From the NCBI GenBank assembly GCA_964588505.1, contig CAZPPQ010000001.1, forward strand, positions 1 to 58,715: 58,715 nt of DNA, written 5' to 3'. Position numbers and translations under genes: made by a program. The notes below the pieces were generated by a model. The model saw nothing but the letters and a program-made list of their open reading frames with translations. It was not told where the DNA came from and made no database searches. Source of the DNA: an uncultured Gammaproteobacteria bacterium. GTDB taxonomy: Bacteria; Patescibacteriota; Patescibacteriia; UBA9934; GWF2-40-263. Shown here one piece after another: positions 34,374-44,465 of the stretch (position 1 is its first letter; every line of letters begins with the position of its first letter).

Positions 34374-35987
34374 TCAGAAGTCGGAATCTGTCGGGAGCGC
34401 TTCTTTTGGACAATAGTGTTTGAAGAATCTACGGCGCACGCCGATCAGAAGATTATGCAACTCTTCGCTCCGGAACAGAAATGCGACGACCCCATACACC
34501 AAAAGTCCGAATCCTCCGGCAACCGCCGCTTGCAAGAACACACCCCAAAATGTATTGAGCGAAAGAACTTGCACGGTAAACGGTTTCAAAGACTGGGCCG
34601 CGAGCGCGGCGCACAAGGCGGCGACGGAAATGGAAATAAGTGATCGGATGATGTGAGCCTCGTCAAGCGATCTGATGCGTAGGCGCAATGGAATCCAGAG
34701 CGTCGCCAAGTTCAGAAACGAGGCGAGAGAAAACGCCATCGCAAGCCCTTTCACGCCGAACCACTGCGAAAAATACCAGGCCGAAATAATGCCGACAGTT
34801 GCGGAAATCGCGCCTGACACGAGCGGCGTGACCGTATTTCGCATAGCGAAAAACGCGCGCGCCAGTACATAGACAAGGCTCTGCGCGGCCAAGCTCAATA
34901 AAAACCAGGCAAGAATATCCATCGTCTGATACGTCTCGCTCCACCCGAACGTTCCGGCCCCGACGACGAGCCGCACAGCCTGCACGCGCAGGACAAGAAG
35001 CAACATCATCATTGGAACCGTCAAAAACAGCACCCCACGCACGGTTTGAGAAAAAATCAAAACGAATCGCTTTATATCCCCTGCCCCGAACGCTTCGGCA
35101 AAAGACGGAAAAACCGCGATTGCATACGAGACACCGATAATCCCCACCGCAAAAAATTGGATGTTGTAGGCGAATTGAAAAACCGTGACGGATCCGGCCG
35201 TAAACAGTGAGGCCATGACCGTAAATAAAAGAAATTGAACTTGGGAAACGGCGAGCGAAAGCGTACGCGGACCCATGGTTTTCAGAATCTCGCGGCTCTC
35301 GGAATCAAACGGACGGAAACGGAGCGCATAGCGATATCCAAGAAGATGCGACCCAAACCACTGGATCAACATATGAAGAAACGCGCCGAGCACGACGCCC
35401 CACGCAAGAGCCAAGGGGCCGAATATCGGGACAAAAAAGACCGCGCCAAAAATAATGCCGAGATTGTAAAAAATCGGAGCGAGAGAAGCGAGAAAAAAGC
35501 GTTTAGACCCTTGAAGAATGCTTCCGAAGATGGAGGATCCAGCAAGCAAAAATTGTGCGAACAACATCATGCGTGTGAATCCGACCACGAGCGTGTGCTT
35601 TTCGCCCGAAAATCCCGGAGCGATCATCCAACCGACGGAATCCGCGAAGAAAAAAACAACAAGCGAAAGTCCGGCCATGGCCGCGAGCACGAGGTGTAGG
35701 ATGTTATTCGCCAGGTGCCACGCGCGCTCTTTTTCTCCGGAAGAAATATGCCTCGTGAAAAGCGGGATAAAACTCGCGGACACGGCGCCGACGACGAGCA
35801 GATTGAATAAAAGATCCGGAACTTTGAATGCCGCATAGTACGCGTCAAGCACATCTCCGGCTCCGAATGTTCCAGCCAGAATGCGGTCGCGGACCAGGCC
35901 AAAAAGGCGGCTTACAAACGAAAGAACGCCGACAATGGCCGCGGCGCTCGCAACGGTTTTTGATTCAACATTCAAGAAACGAAACAT
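34374..35987 (-). CDS. murJ: lipid II flippase MurJ
   Basis: 537 aa, 14-TM MOP-family pattern. The N-terminus VGVLSFVSRLFGLVRDRILAGTFGAG is characteristic of MurJ/MviN. Confidence 0.9.
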   Translation of the reverse strand: MFRFLNVESKTVASAAAIVGVLSFVSRLFGLVRDRILAGTFGAGDVLDAYYAAFKVPDLLFNLLVVGAVSASFIPLFTRHISSGEKERAWHLANNILHLVLAAMAGLSLVVFFFADSVGWMIAPGFSGEKHTLVVGFTRMMLFAQFLLAGSSIFGSILQGSKRFFLASLAPIFYNLGIIFGAVFFVPIFGPLALAWGVVLGAFLHMLIQWFGSHLLGYRYALRFRPFDSESREILKTMGPRTLSLAVSQVQFLLFTVMASLFTAGSVTVFQFAYNIQFFAVGIIGVSYAIAVFPSFAEAFGAGDIKRFVLIFSQTVRGVLFLTVPMMMLLLVLRVQAVRLVVGAGTFGWSETYQTMDILAWFLLSLAAQSLVYVLARAFFAMRNTVTPLVSGAISATVGIISAWYFSQWFGVKGLAMAFSLASFLNLATLWIPLRLRIRSLDEAHIIRSLISISVAALCAALAAQSLKPFTVQVLSLNTFWGVFLQAAVAGGFGLLVYGVVAFLFRSEELHNLLIGVRRRFFKHYCPKEALPTDSDF

Positions 35988-35991
35988 GAAC

Positions 35992-37245
35992 TCAAGTTTC
36001 TTTTTTTCGACCGAGACCGGACCATTTCGCCAAAAGTATAATCATCAGAACCGCACCTATGCCGAGAGCGACCAGCAAAAGGACGATGGATGGATTTTCA
36101 AGAGTGAAAAAAGGAACAGAGATACGCGTCGCGTCTTCCGCGATTTTTCCGTCCGGATCCGTCATTTTGAGCGAGATGTCAAACGCGCCGCTTCGGCGAA
36201 AGGCGTGAGAAACCGTGTGGCGGCGCGAGGTGACGCCGTCTCCAAAATCCCATACAAACTTATATCCCGGGATGGCCGGGGCCGCGGCGGAAAATTCAAA
36301 GATGTTCCATGCCGAACGGCGGAAAGAAAAAATCGCTTTTGGAGAAAGAACTTCCACCCCTGTCGCGGCGGATGTCTCTGCCGCAGGTTCGCTTAAAATT
36401 TCTTGCGCAGAGTTTGCTATTTTTTCACCAGAGCCGGCAAATTCAGATCCTGTCGTTTCCGGTGTCTTCGACACTTTTGATATTGAGCCTGTCGCGCTGT
36501 TCTTCGCGTCCGGCCATTCGGTCATTTCTGCGCTTGGAGCGGTTTCTTCAGTAGGCGTTTGCGTCGGTTTCTGCTTCGGCGCGGGCGCGGGCTCTGGTTT
36601 TGACAGCTCCAAAACAGACCGCGAAGCATCGAGCGGGTATGCGTCCTGTAGATCGTTGACATTGTCGCCATCCGTATCTTTCAATATCGGACTTGTGCCG
36701 TGTTGCGCCTCATCAAAATCCGTCCATCCGTCGTTGTCATCGTCCGTATCGCACGCGTCGCCCATTCCATCTTGATCAGCATCAGATTGATCCTTATTCG
36801 CGCTTGAAGGACAATTATCCTTTTCATTCTCGATGCCATCCCGATCATCATCAAAAATAGGATTAAAAAGGCCTGTCAGAATCGTATCGTTCGACGCGTT
36901 CACATCCGCAGGATCCGTGCCACGAATTTCCGCACGGATGTTAAACGCTTGTGACGGAACCACAAAATCCACATACACTTCGTCCTGAACCCCGCCTCCG
37001 CGCAAAGAGACGACTTGCGATTCGCCAATTGGAATGGTCCCTTGAAAAAACGAAACGTATCCGGATGTATCAACTGTCCCCTCATTTTTGACGCTGGCGT
37101 ACAGACGCACGCGCTCTCCGGAAACCAACGGCGCGGAAAAAGAAATGTTATTTGCAGAAATGGAAAGATCAGAACCAGTGGTCGCGGATGCCGCGGTCGC
37201 GATGAAAAGAAAAGAGAGAATGGACGGAAGCAAGAAGCGCTTCAT
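35992..37245 (-). CDS. anchored surface protein: signal peptide, CARDB-like domain, Asp-rich thrombospondin-type-3-like Ca-binding repeats, PKD-like domain, C-terminal TM
   Basis: MKRFLLPSILSFLFIATAASA; DDDRDGIENEKDNCPSSANKDQSDADQDGMGDACDTDDDNDG; FVWDFGDGVTSRRHTVSHAF; C-terminal VLLLVALGIGAVLMIILLA. Confidence 0.7.
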   Translation of the reverse strand: MKRFLLPSILSFLFIATAASATTGSDLSISANNISFSAPLVSGERVRLYASVKNEGTVDTSGYVSFFQGTIPIGESQVVSLRGGGVQDEVYVDFVVPSQAFNIRAEIRGTDPADVNASNDTILTGLFNPIFDDDRDGIENEKDNCPSSANKDQSDADQDGMGDACDTDDDNDGWTDFDEAQHGTSPILKDTDGDNVNDLQDAYPLDASRSVLELSKPEPAPAPKQKPTQTPTEETAPSAEMTEWPDAKNSATGSISKVSKTPETTGSEFAGSGEKIANSAQEILSEPAAETSAATGVEVLSPKAIFSFRRSAWNIFEFSAAAPAIPGYKFVWDFGDGVTSRRHTVSHAFRRSGAFDISLKMTDPDGKIAEDATRISVPFFTLENPSIVLLLVALGIGAVLMIILLAKWSGLGRKKET

Positions 37246-37958
37246 ACAGATGATGTTTTTTTGGAAGAATGACCGAACGTGTAATTAAATAATTTATGGC
37301 GGATTGGGCCGATGACGGCGATGTGTAACTCCGCGAGCGCATATTTTATGGCGACACTCGCGCGCCCGTCGCGATCCAACCGCCGCGTGGAAACCGGCAC
37401 AGCCATGGACAAAAATCCGAATCGGCCGGCGTGCGCCGCACGATGCGCATAATCATGATCCTCACAAAATGTTACGGTTTCGTCGAACCCGCCGATGGCA
37501 TCATGTAAAGATTTTTTCACGAAAATGCAGAAACCAGGCGCATGTGGCATGATCGGGCTTACGAAACGCACATAAGAATTATACGCCTTATGAAGCGCGC
37601 GATCGAGACGCGAATCATTCGACGGCGCAACATCGCAAGTCGCAAGATCCAAACCGCGTTCCGTCATTTCTTTAAACGCTCGTTCCAACATGGTCGGATC
37701 GTCAAGTCTCACATCCGCATCCAAAAAAAGGATGTAAGGAGTTTTCACTTCCGCGGCCCCGCGATTCCTTCCTGCGCCAGGCAATCCTCCCTCAACAACT
37801 TTGGCCCCAAAAGTTGCGGCGATCTCGCGCGTCGCGTCCATCGAGCCGGCGTCTGCCACGATGATTTCTACTGGCAGGAGCGTCTGTTTCTTTATTGTTT
37901 CCAAAAGAATCTGGAGATAATGTTCCTCGTTCTTTGTCGGAATGACGATGGTGAACAT
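37242..37958 (-). CDS. family 2 glycosyltransferase
   Basis: FTIVIPTKNEEHYL, IIVADAGSMDAT and FLDADV motifs. Confidence 0.85.
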   Translation of the reverse strand: MFTIVIPTKNEEHYLQILLETIKKQTLLPVEIIVADAGSMDATREIAATFGAKVVEGGLPGAGRNRGAAEVKTPYILFLDADVRLDDPTMLERAFKEMTERGLDLATCDVAPSNDSRLDRALHKAYNSYVRFVSPIMPHAPGFCIFVKKSLHDAIGGFDETVTFCEDHDYAHRAAHAGRFGFLSMAVPVSTRRLDRDGRASVAIKYALAELHIAVIGPIRHKLFNYTFGHSSKKTSSV

Positions 37959-38002
37959 GGAGTTTGGATTTAGGTGTTAAGCTTTGGATACAAATTATTT
38001 TA

Positions 38003-38452
38003 CTATTTCGCAACCGAGAGAGCAAACATGGCGATACCCGCGGCCACGGATACATTGATCGAACGCTTGCGGCCCGGCATCGGAATCTCTACTTTCATAT
38101 CCGCAACGGCAAGAATTTCCGGCTCGATCCCATTGACCTCGTTTCCCAAAATAAGAACGACGCGATCCGCAGGAACCGAAATTTCCATAATAGGACAAGC
38201 GCCATCTCCTGTTTCAAGCGCAAGAACGCTAAATCCTCCCTGTTTCAATTCCGTAATGAGCTTGAGAATATCCTCGCAACGCTCCCACGACACGCGCGTT
38301 TCTGATCCAAGAGCCGTCTTCGCTATCTCTTTCCGCGGCGGCGTTCCTGTAAATCCGGTGAGATACAACCGTTCAACACCAAAAGCGTCCGCGGATCGAA
38401 AAATCGCCCCGACATTATGAAGAGAGCGGATGTTGTGGACAATGACGAGCAT
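38003..38452 (-). CDS. SpoU/TrmH-family RNA 2'-O-methyltransferase
   Basis: 149 aa with NVGAIFRSADAFGV and SINVSVAAGIAMF (SPOUT knot motifs). Confidence 0.8.
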   Translation of the reverse strand: MLVIVHNIRSLHNVGAIFRSADAFGVERLYLTGFTGTPPRKEIAKTALGSETRVSWERCEDILKLITELKQGGFSVLALETGDGACPIMEISVPADRVVLILGNEVNGIEPEILAVADMKVEIPMPGRKRSINVSVAAGIAMFALSVAK

Positions 38453-38555
38453 GGTATTAGGCGTTAGACTTTGACAACCAATTCTAGCAGAAACGATGAA
38501 AGATGAAAGTAATGTTCCATTGACGAAAACGATTTTTTATGATTTCATACGCGCT

Positions 38556-39425
38556 ATGACGAACCAGACGCAGACAAAAAAATCCGGCATCGCTGTGCTG
38601 GTCGGCCGCAGTAATGTAGGCAAGTCCACGCTCCTCAATGCGCTCGTCGGCACCAAGGTCGCCATCACGACCCCGAAGCCGCAAACGACCCGCCTCCCGA
38701 TCCACGGAATCCTCACGACCGACGAGGGCCAAATTGTGTTTGTAGATACGCCTGGTATTTTTAAGAATGCGAAAGACGCGCTTTCCAAAAAACTCAACTC
38801 GAGCATTCGTCGATCGCTTGAAGATGTGCATGTCATCATCTATGTGGCTGATCCGACGCGCGCGATCGGGGATGAAGAAAAGGAACTGCTTCGTATGATA
38901 GAAACGCTCGAGATTCCAAAGATTCTCGTCATAAATAAAATTGACCTCGAGAAAAAACCGTTTGTGGATTTTTACCGCGACCTTGCGCCGAAATTTTCGC
39001 AAGTATTCGAGCTTTCGGCTATCAACAACGCGCATATCAAACCGCTCATCCGCGCCATTTTTTCTCTCATTCCGCAAGGCGGGCTGATGTATCCGGAATT
39101 CCAATTCACGAATCTCGAAAACAAAAAATGGATTGCTGAACTTATCCGCGAAAAACTTTTTCTCCGCTTGCGCCAAGAGATTCCCTATACGCTCACGGTT
39201 GAGGTGGACGAAATCGAAGAGCGCGAAAACGGCGTTCTCTACATCCACGCCCGCATCTTGACGACCGAAGATCGTTACCAGCGCATCATCATCGGCAAAG
39301 GGGCGCGCGGCGTGAAAGAAATCGGCCAATCCACACGCAAGGAACTCGAAACCGCGATGAACCGAAAAATTTTTCTAGATCTGATTGTGGACGTGGATCC
39401 GCACTGGGTCGAGAGGATGGAATAA
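38556..39425 (+). CDS. era: GTPase Era
   Basis: G1 GRSNVGKST, QTTR, G3 DTPG, G4 NKID and a C-terminal KH domain. ATG 38556 fits the Era N-terminus; the track start is 38496. Confidence 0.9.
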   Translation: MTNQTQTKKSGIAVLVGRSNVGKSTLLNALVGTKVAITTPKPQTTRLPIHGILTTDEGQIVFVDTPGIFKNAKDALSKKLNSSIRRSLEDVHVIIYVADPTRAIGDEEKELLRMIETLEIPKILVINKIDLEKKPFVDFYRDLAPKFSQVFELSAINNAHIKPLIRAIFSLIPQGGLMYPEFQFTNLENKKWIAELIREKLFLRLRQEIPYTLTVEVDEIEERENGVLYIHARILTTEDRYQRIIIGKGARGVKEIGQSTRKELETAMNRKIFLDLIVDVDPHWVERME

Positions 39426-39471
39426 TCTCCCTTCGCCCGGCCACCGGCCGGGCTACGGAGGAATAAAAAAT

Positions 39472-39516
39472 ACCCCGCATCCCTCTCGTTTGAGGAAAGC
39501 GGGGGTTAAGTTTTCG
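39472..39516 (+). terminator. hairpin terminator between convergent era and orphan gene
   Basis: ccccgc...gcgggg stem followed by gttaagttttcg. Confidence 0.45.
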
Positions 39517-40611
39517 TTAGGAGATGGCAAGCTCCATCAGAAACATGTGCCGACCTGTGAGACCCCAGTAGCGCCACGTTCCGTCTTGATTGAAGATCTC
39601 GGAAACAGCGTCGAAGCGCGCATGTTGCGGCTTTGAGCCGATCGTGTAATAAACAGACCCGTCGTTTCTCACTTTCCACACTGGCATCTGTTGATTATTG
39701 CCGGCAAGACACCGGAGACCGAGAATTTGACCACATGGAACACACGGAATTCTCCTGGTGTCGAAACCAGAAAGAGGCATAGTAAACGACGAGTCACTGT
39801 CATCTCTTTCCCTGCCGACGGCATGAGTGCCGCCGTCTGCAATCCAGAACCCGAGAAATTGTTCCCGAACATTCATCGAGACCGGAAAGACTTCTCCGGT
39901 AGTCGTGTTTATGAACCGACGAGAACCGTTGCCTGTTACATAGGTGGCGATCACCTGCCCGTCATGGGTAAGACCGAATCGAACGGTAGTAGAGACGTTC
40001 GGAATCGGCGCACTCAGCCGGTTCTTCTCGACATCGAGTAGATGGTGTGCATCCGTCTTCTTGTTGAAGACCGAAAGGTACAGCGTGCTGTTCGGTGTGA
40101 GAAGGATTCCGTCCACTTCAGTCAATTTCTCCATATCACGGAAACCAACCGAAGACTGTAGTGGAGCGATTGAAAAACGTTTCTCGAACAACTCTTGACC
40201 TATGTAGAGCCGGCACTTGTCTTTGGATACAGAACTTGTGCCGAACCAGAGTGGCTCGCCTTTGTAGAAGCCGAGAAAGACATTTCCAGAACTCGCTTTC
40301 CGTTCCCACAAACGCCACTTCTTGAGCGTAATGCCGCGGTCGTCGATCTCGACAACGACGTCTGTTTCGTCATTGTCGTATCCTTCACACAAAACACACT
40401 CGCTAAATGTATCAAATATCACATGGACACCATTGGGTTCCAAGATGAAATTTGGCACACAAACGACCTTCCTTGTCGCCTCCGGAATGATCGGTCCGTG
40501 CGGACGCTTCATGAACCGGTCGAGCTCGTCCGGACCGAAGTGGCCGGCGGCGTTCCTTTCAAGAAAAGCCCTTATTTGGCCCGAACTGATTTCGTCGTTT
40601 TTCGGCCTCAT
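39517..40611 (-). CDS. hypothetical protein (364 aa), no recognised domain
   Basis: GAGGAG RBS, its own TTGACA-17-TATAAA promoter and a ~115-nt hairpin-rich leader. The sequence looks beta-rich and repeat-like. Confidence 0.6.
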   Translation of the reverse strand: MRPKNDEISSGQIRAFLERNAAGHFGPDELDRFMKRPHGPIIPEATRKVVCVPNFILEPNGVHVIFDTFSECVLCEGYDNDETDVVVEIDDRGITLKKWRLWERKASSGNVFLGFYKGEPLWFGTSSVSKDKCRLYIGQELFEKRFSIAPLQSSVGFRDMEKLTEVDGILLTPNSTLYLSVFNKKTDAHHLLDVEKNRLSAPIPNVSTTVRFGLTHDGQVIATYVTGNGSRRFINTTTGEVFPVSMNVREQFLGFWIADGGTHAVGRERDDSDSSFTMPLSGFDTRRIPCVPCGQILGLRCLAGNNQQMPVWKVRNDGSVYYTIGSKPQHARFDAVSEIFNQDGTWRYWGLTGRHMFLMELAIS

Positions 40612-40729
40612 TGTGAGACTCCTCTGCTCCGAGCAACAGCGCCGAATTCCCGAAAGCTTTGTTGCGGCCGAGGGAATTCCATTCTGTTGCGAAAGAGCGT
40701 CCTTCGAACCGAATCGCTCGAAGAATAAC

Positions 40730-40758
40730 TTTATAATTCATTTTTGATTGAATGTCAA
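40730..40758 (-). promoter_or_regulatory. sigma70-type promoter of the 364-aa orphan gene
   Basis: Minus strand: TTGACA, 17-nt spacer (ttcaatcaaaaatgaat), TATAAA. Confidence 0.6.
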
Positions 40759-40777
40759 TAGGGTGTACTCTATTTAC

Positions 40778-41410
40778 ATGCAAAAGTGTTTTCCTATCGC
40801 TCTCTTCTGTCTCATCCTCGCCGCTCTTCTCGTCGGCCAGAGATTTGGCATGCCAAAACTCTTTCCGAATGAACCGCAGAGCGTAGTCAGATTAGACAGC
40901 GCCAATGGTGTGGCATTGTTTGTAAAACACGGCAAAAAAGTCGGGGTGGTCGGAAATAAAAACCAAAGGCGCGGCCAGATCATCTTCACTGGAGAATCAA
41001 CTTACGCGTCGTTTTTCATCGGTGAATCCACGCGGCTGTTTTTGGACGAACGCACTGATGTGGAACTCATCGAACTTACGCGCGGCAAAGAGACAATAAA
41101 ACTCATTCGCGGCCGCATTCTTCTCGAACACGAGAGAGACACTCCGATTACGGTTACCACGAATTTTACAAAATCCTTTTTTACGAATGGTCTGGCGTCG
41201 TTCGTGAATTTCGATTTTCAAGAAACGGTCCATGTGATCCCGCTTGAAGAAACGACCGTCGCCGTCAGCCTTGGAAAAACCGGCGGGACCGTGACAAAAA
41301 CACCGGTGCGAATTCACGAAACCGATCCGCAATCCATTGCGGATTTTTCTCCATCGCTTCACGTCCCTCCGGCAAACAATTTTTACGCGTGGACAAAAGG
41401 AACACGCTGA
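40778..41410 (+). CDS. FecR-domain-like exported protein
   Basis: N-terminal anchor MQKCFPIALFCLILAALLVG. The central IGESTRLFLDERTDVELI...IKLIRGRILLEH resembles the FecR fold (weak). ATG 40778; the track start at 40748 is a TTG. Confidence 0.45.
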   Translation: MQKCFPIALFCLILAALLVGQRFGMPKLFPNEPQSVVRLDSANGVALFVKHGKKVGVVGNKNQRRGQIIFTGESTYASFFIGESTRLFLDERTDVELIELTRGKETIKLIRGRILLEHERDTPITVTTNFTKSFFTNGLASFVNFDFQETVHVIPLEETTVAVSLGKTGGTVTKTPVRIHETDPQSIADFSPSLHVPPANNFYAWTKGTR

Positions 41411-41453
41411 TGTAAGGTGAAGCGCCCTTTCACAACCAACCGGAGAAATCGTC

Positions 41454-42329
41454 ATGAGTGAACAACGCACGCTTCTTTTTTGTGTTCCGGAAAATCACAT
41501 CCGCAAAGTCTTGCGCGGATGTGAAAACAGTGAAAAACCGTTCATCATAAGCGGAGGAGGGCGTGAGGAACTGAAAGCAAAACTCCGGCGTCACAGACCA
41601 ACGGCTGTCGTGGCGGATTTTGACGGAACAATCTGTCGCGGTAATTCTTTCACACGATTGTGGAGCGACCTTCCGATTGAGCTTCGTAAGATATACCAAA
41701 AAATTCTCGAGCTCTACGAATCGAATCAAATGTCCGGGATTGAAAAAGCCGTGCTCGAAAGCGGGATGGTCGGTCTGCTGGCCGCTTCGTTCGGAGCCTG
41801 CAAACGATCCAGATGGAGCATTGAAGACGCGGCGGGAGATGCGGTCCTGCGCGCTGGCGCAAAAGATTTTTTTGATCTTTTTCATCCCAAAAACCGTTGC
41901 ATCGTGAGTCTCTCGATCGCGGATTATATCCGCGAGGTTATGCGGACGAATGGAATCAAGATCGGACACATACTCGGAAACGAACTTTTGTATCGGGAAG
42001 ATCCGCAGTGTCCGATTGAAGATCAAAGAGCGGCCGTTGCGTTCGCTGTACAGCCGGAAATACAGATCACCTCGGAAACCAAATGGTCTGCCGTTTGCCA
42101 GCGTATGCCCAAAGAATTTATGAAACGGAAAAAACTTTGCATCGGCGATTCTCCGCCGGTTGATCACGGGCTCTGGATGCAAGAGCCACGGACATTCAAC
42201 GTGCTCATCCGCCCTGCGTCGCAGCCGATCGCAGTCGAGCAGGTTCCGGATATCTGGCACAAGCTCGACCTCATTGTTTCGGATCTTCCGACACTCACGA
42301 ATTTCCTTCGCGAGAACGGCGTCGGCTAA
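41454..42329 (+). CDS. HAD-superfamily hydrolase (subfamily IB-like)
   Basis: Motif I VVADFDGTI, motif II IVSLS, motif IV GDSPPVD. GGAG 8 nt upstream and a terminator downstream. Confidence 0.6.
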   Translation: MSEQRTLLFCVPENHIRKVLRGCENSEKPFIISGGGREELKAKLRRHRPTAVVADFDGTICRGNSFTRLWSDLPIELRKIYQKILELYESNQMSGIEKAVLESGMVGLLAASFGACKRSRWSIEDAAGDAVLRAGAKDFFDLFHPKNRCIVSLSIADYIREVMRTNGIKIGHILGNELLYREDPQCPIEDQRAAVAFAVQPEIQITSETKWSAVCQRMPKEFMKRKKLCIGDSPPVDHGLWMQEPRTFNVLIRPASQPIAVEQVPDIWHKLDLIVSDLPTLTNFLRENGVG

Positions 42330-42344
42330 ATCGCGCCATCTTTC

Positions 42345-42372
42345 AACCACCGAATACTAGGTGGTTTTTTGT
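42345..42372 (+). terminator. rho-independent terminator
   Basis: aaccac cgaatacta gtggtt followed by tttttgttt. Confidence 0.65.
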
Positions 42373-42467
42373 TTATGCCATTCTGACCCAGCCAACGGCT
42401 AAGAAAGAATCCTGCGATCTCTCTATTCGTGAGATCCTTCACTGGCGCACAGGATGACGGAAATATC

Positions 42468-44309
42468 CTACTCTCTCTTTAACACGTTGAGATACGCATC
42501 CGTCGGAATTTTCACTGAGCCTCGTCCCTGTGCGGCCATGCGTGCCTTTCCTTTTTTCTGCTTCTCGAGCAATTTATTCTTGCGTGTCACGTCGCCGCCG
42601 TATAACTTTGCGATGACATCTTTCTTGAGCGCGGAGATTCGTTCAGCCGCGATAATCTTGCCACCGATTGCGGCTTGTAATTTGATAACAAACGATTCCG
42701 GAGGAATGGATGCCTTCAACACTTGTACGATGCGGCGGCCGACCCGCTCGGCCTCATCATGATATACGAGCGATGCAAACGCTTCGACCGGCTCCTCTGC
42801 GACCAGCACATCGAGCTTCACCACATCGGCCGCGCGATAATCCAAAAATTCATAATTCAGCGACGCATAACCGGATGTAACGCTCTTCAACTTATCGTAA
42901 AAATCCACAATCACGGTCGCAAGCGGCATATCATAATGCAAAATCACTTGCTGTTGCGAAAGATACTCCGTGGTTTTGTAAATACCACGACGGTCCTGCG
43001 CCAATTGCATCACGCCGCCCACGAACGAACTCGGCGTTACAATATCCACCTTGACCCAGGGCTCCAAAATTGTTTCAACAGCCGAAACATCCGGCAGTTC
43101 GAGCGGGCTTTTGATCGTAAATTCTTCCTGGCCTTTCGTCTTCACGCGATACGCAACCGATGGAACCGTCACAACCAAATCAAGATTGAACTCGCGGCGC
43201 AGGCGCTCCTTCACGATTTCCAAATGCAACATCCCGAGCAGGCCGCACCGAAATCCGTAACCGATCGCCGGCGAATGTTCCGGTTCATACGAAAGCGAGG
43301 AATCGTTGAGCTTGAGACGCTCCATGGCTTCGCGCAGACGCGCAAAATCGCTTCCTTCTTTTGGAAAGATGCCGGCATACACCATAGGCTTTACCACGCG
43401 ATAACCGGGCAAAGACTCGGCCGCTCGAAGTGTTTCAATCGTGATAGTGTCGCCGACGCGACATCCTTGGATATCTTTTTGTCCGGAGACAACATAGCCG
43501 ATCTGGCCGTTTTCGAGTTGTTGGAGCGGCTTGAATCCAAACGGTCCGAGTGAACCCAATTCCAATATTTCGCCAGTCGCCTTGGTCGCCATAAATCGCG
43601 CTATGTCGCCTTTTTTGAACGCACCGTCCACGACGCGCACATACGCGACGACTCCTTTGTAATCGTTGTACGCGGAATCAAACACGAGCGCGCGTGCCGG
43701 AGCGTTTTCGTTTCCCTTTGGCGGCGGCACGCGCTCCACGATCGCCTCGAGCAATTCCGGAACGCCCTTTCCTGTCTTTCCGCTCACAAGCAAAATCTCT
43801 TCTGGTTTGCATCCTAGCAACCGCACGATTTCTTCCGTGCGTTTCGGAATGTCAGCGGCCGGAAGATCAATCTTGTTTAAAACAGGAATAATCGCGAGGT
43901 CCTCACTGAGCGCGAGATACAAATTTCCGATGGTCTGAGCCTGCACGCCTTGGGTCGCGTCCACAAGCAAAACCGCGCCCTCGACTGCCGCGAGCGATCG
44001 TGACACCTCATACGTAAAATCCACATGCCCTGGCGTGTCAATCAAGTTCAACACGAATTCCCCCCTTTCAAACGGGGAATGAACGGGAGTTGCCGGCGAA
44101 CCGCAGTAGGTATATTTCATCCTCGCCGGCGCGAGCTTAATGGTAATTCCCTTCTCGCGCTCGAGATCCATGGAATCCAAAATTTGATCCTTCATCTGCC
44201 GCTTGTCCACTGTTCCTGTAATTTCAAGCAACCGATCGGCAAGTGTGGACTTGCCATGATCAATATGGGCTATGATGCAAAAGTTTCTGATGTGATTTTG
44301 CTCGTTCAT
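42468..44309 (-). CDS. lepA: translation elongation factor 4 (LepA)
   Basis: 613 aa with G-domain motifs AHIDHGKST, DTPGH and NKID, plus the LepA C-terminal domain. Confidence 0.95.
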   Translation of the reverse strand: MNEQNHIRNFCIIAHIDHGKSTLADRLLEITGTVDKRQMKDQILDSMDLEREKGITIKLAPARMKYTYCGSPATPVHSPFERGEFVLNLIDTPGHVDFTYEVSRSLAAVEGAVLLVDATQGVQAQTIGNLYLALSEDLAIIPVLNKIDLPAADIPKRTEEIVRLLGCKPEEILLVSGKTGKGVPELLEAIVERVPPPKGNENAPARALVFDSAYNDYKGVVAYVRVVDGAFKKGDIARFMATKATGEILELGSLGPFGFKPLQQLENGQIGYVVSGQKDIQGCRVGDTITIETLRAAESLPGYRVVKPMVYAGIFPKEGSDFARLREAMERLKLNDSSLSYEPEHSPAIGYGFRCGLLGMLHLEIVKERLRREFNLDLVVTVPSVAYRVKTKGQEEFTIKSPLELPDVSAVETILEPWVKVDIVTPSSFVGGVMQLAQDRRGIYKTTEYLSQQQVILHYDMPLATVIVDFYDKLKSVTSGYASLNYEFLDYRAADVVKLDVLVAEEPVEAFASLVYHDEAERVGRRIVQVLKASIPPESFVIKLQAAIGGKIIAAERISALKKDVIAKLYGGDVTRKNKLLEKQKKGKARMAAQGRGSVKIPTDAYLNVLKRE

Positions 44310-44377
44310 GTGCCGTTATCCTAGCGGATTTGTTGGATGATGTCGAGAAAACGACTCTTCAAATACCATGTTCTAAA

Positions 44378-44419
44378 ATATGTTATAAGTCCTATTGGTC
44401 CAATCGGTCCCATATGACC
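44378..44419. repeat. family iii octamer units (ataagtcc/tattggtc/caatcggt/cccatatg)
   Basis: atatgttataagtcctattggtccaatcggtcccatatgacc read directly in the intergenic gap. Confidence 0.55.
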
Positions 44420-44465
44420 AAAATAAAAAATCCCCGCGGAAAACGCGAGGATGTAGAGAAAAAGG

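Noticed and set aside
38484-39329. 281-aa antisense ORF opposite era
   Set aside because: The plus-strand frame contains all Era GTPase motifs. The antisense ORF is low-complexity (F/R/D-rich) with no motifs.
39427-39471. Calling the GC hairpin + aataaaaaat module a terminator
   Set aside because: No U-tract follows the stem on the plus strand, and on the minus strand the T-run precedes the stem. The next hairpin (39472-39516) is the better terminator candidate for era.
41430-42350. 306-aa antisense ORF opposite the HAD hydrolase gene
   Set aside because: The plus-strand ORF has HAD motifs I, II and IV, a GGAG RBS and a downstream terminator. The antisense ORF has none of these.
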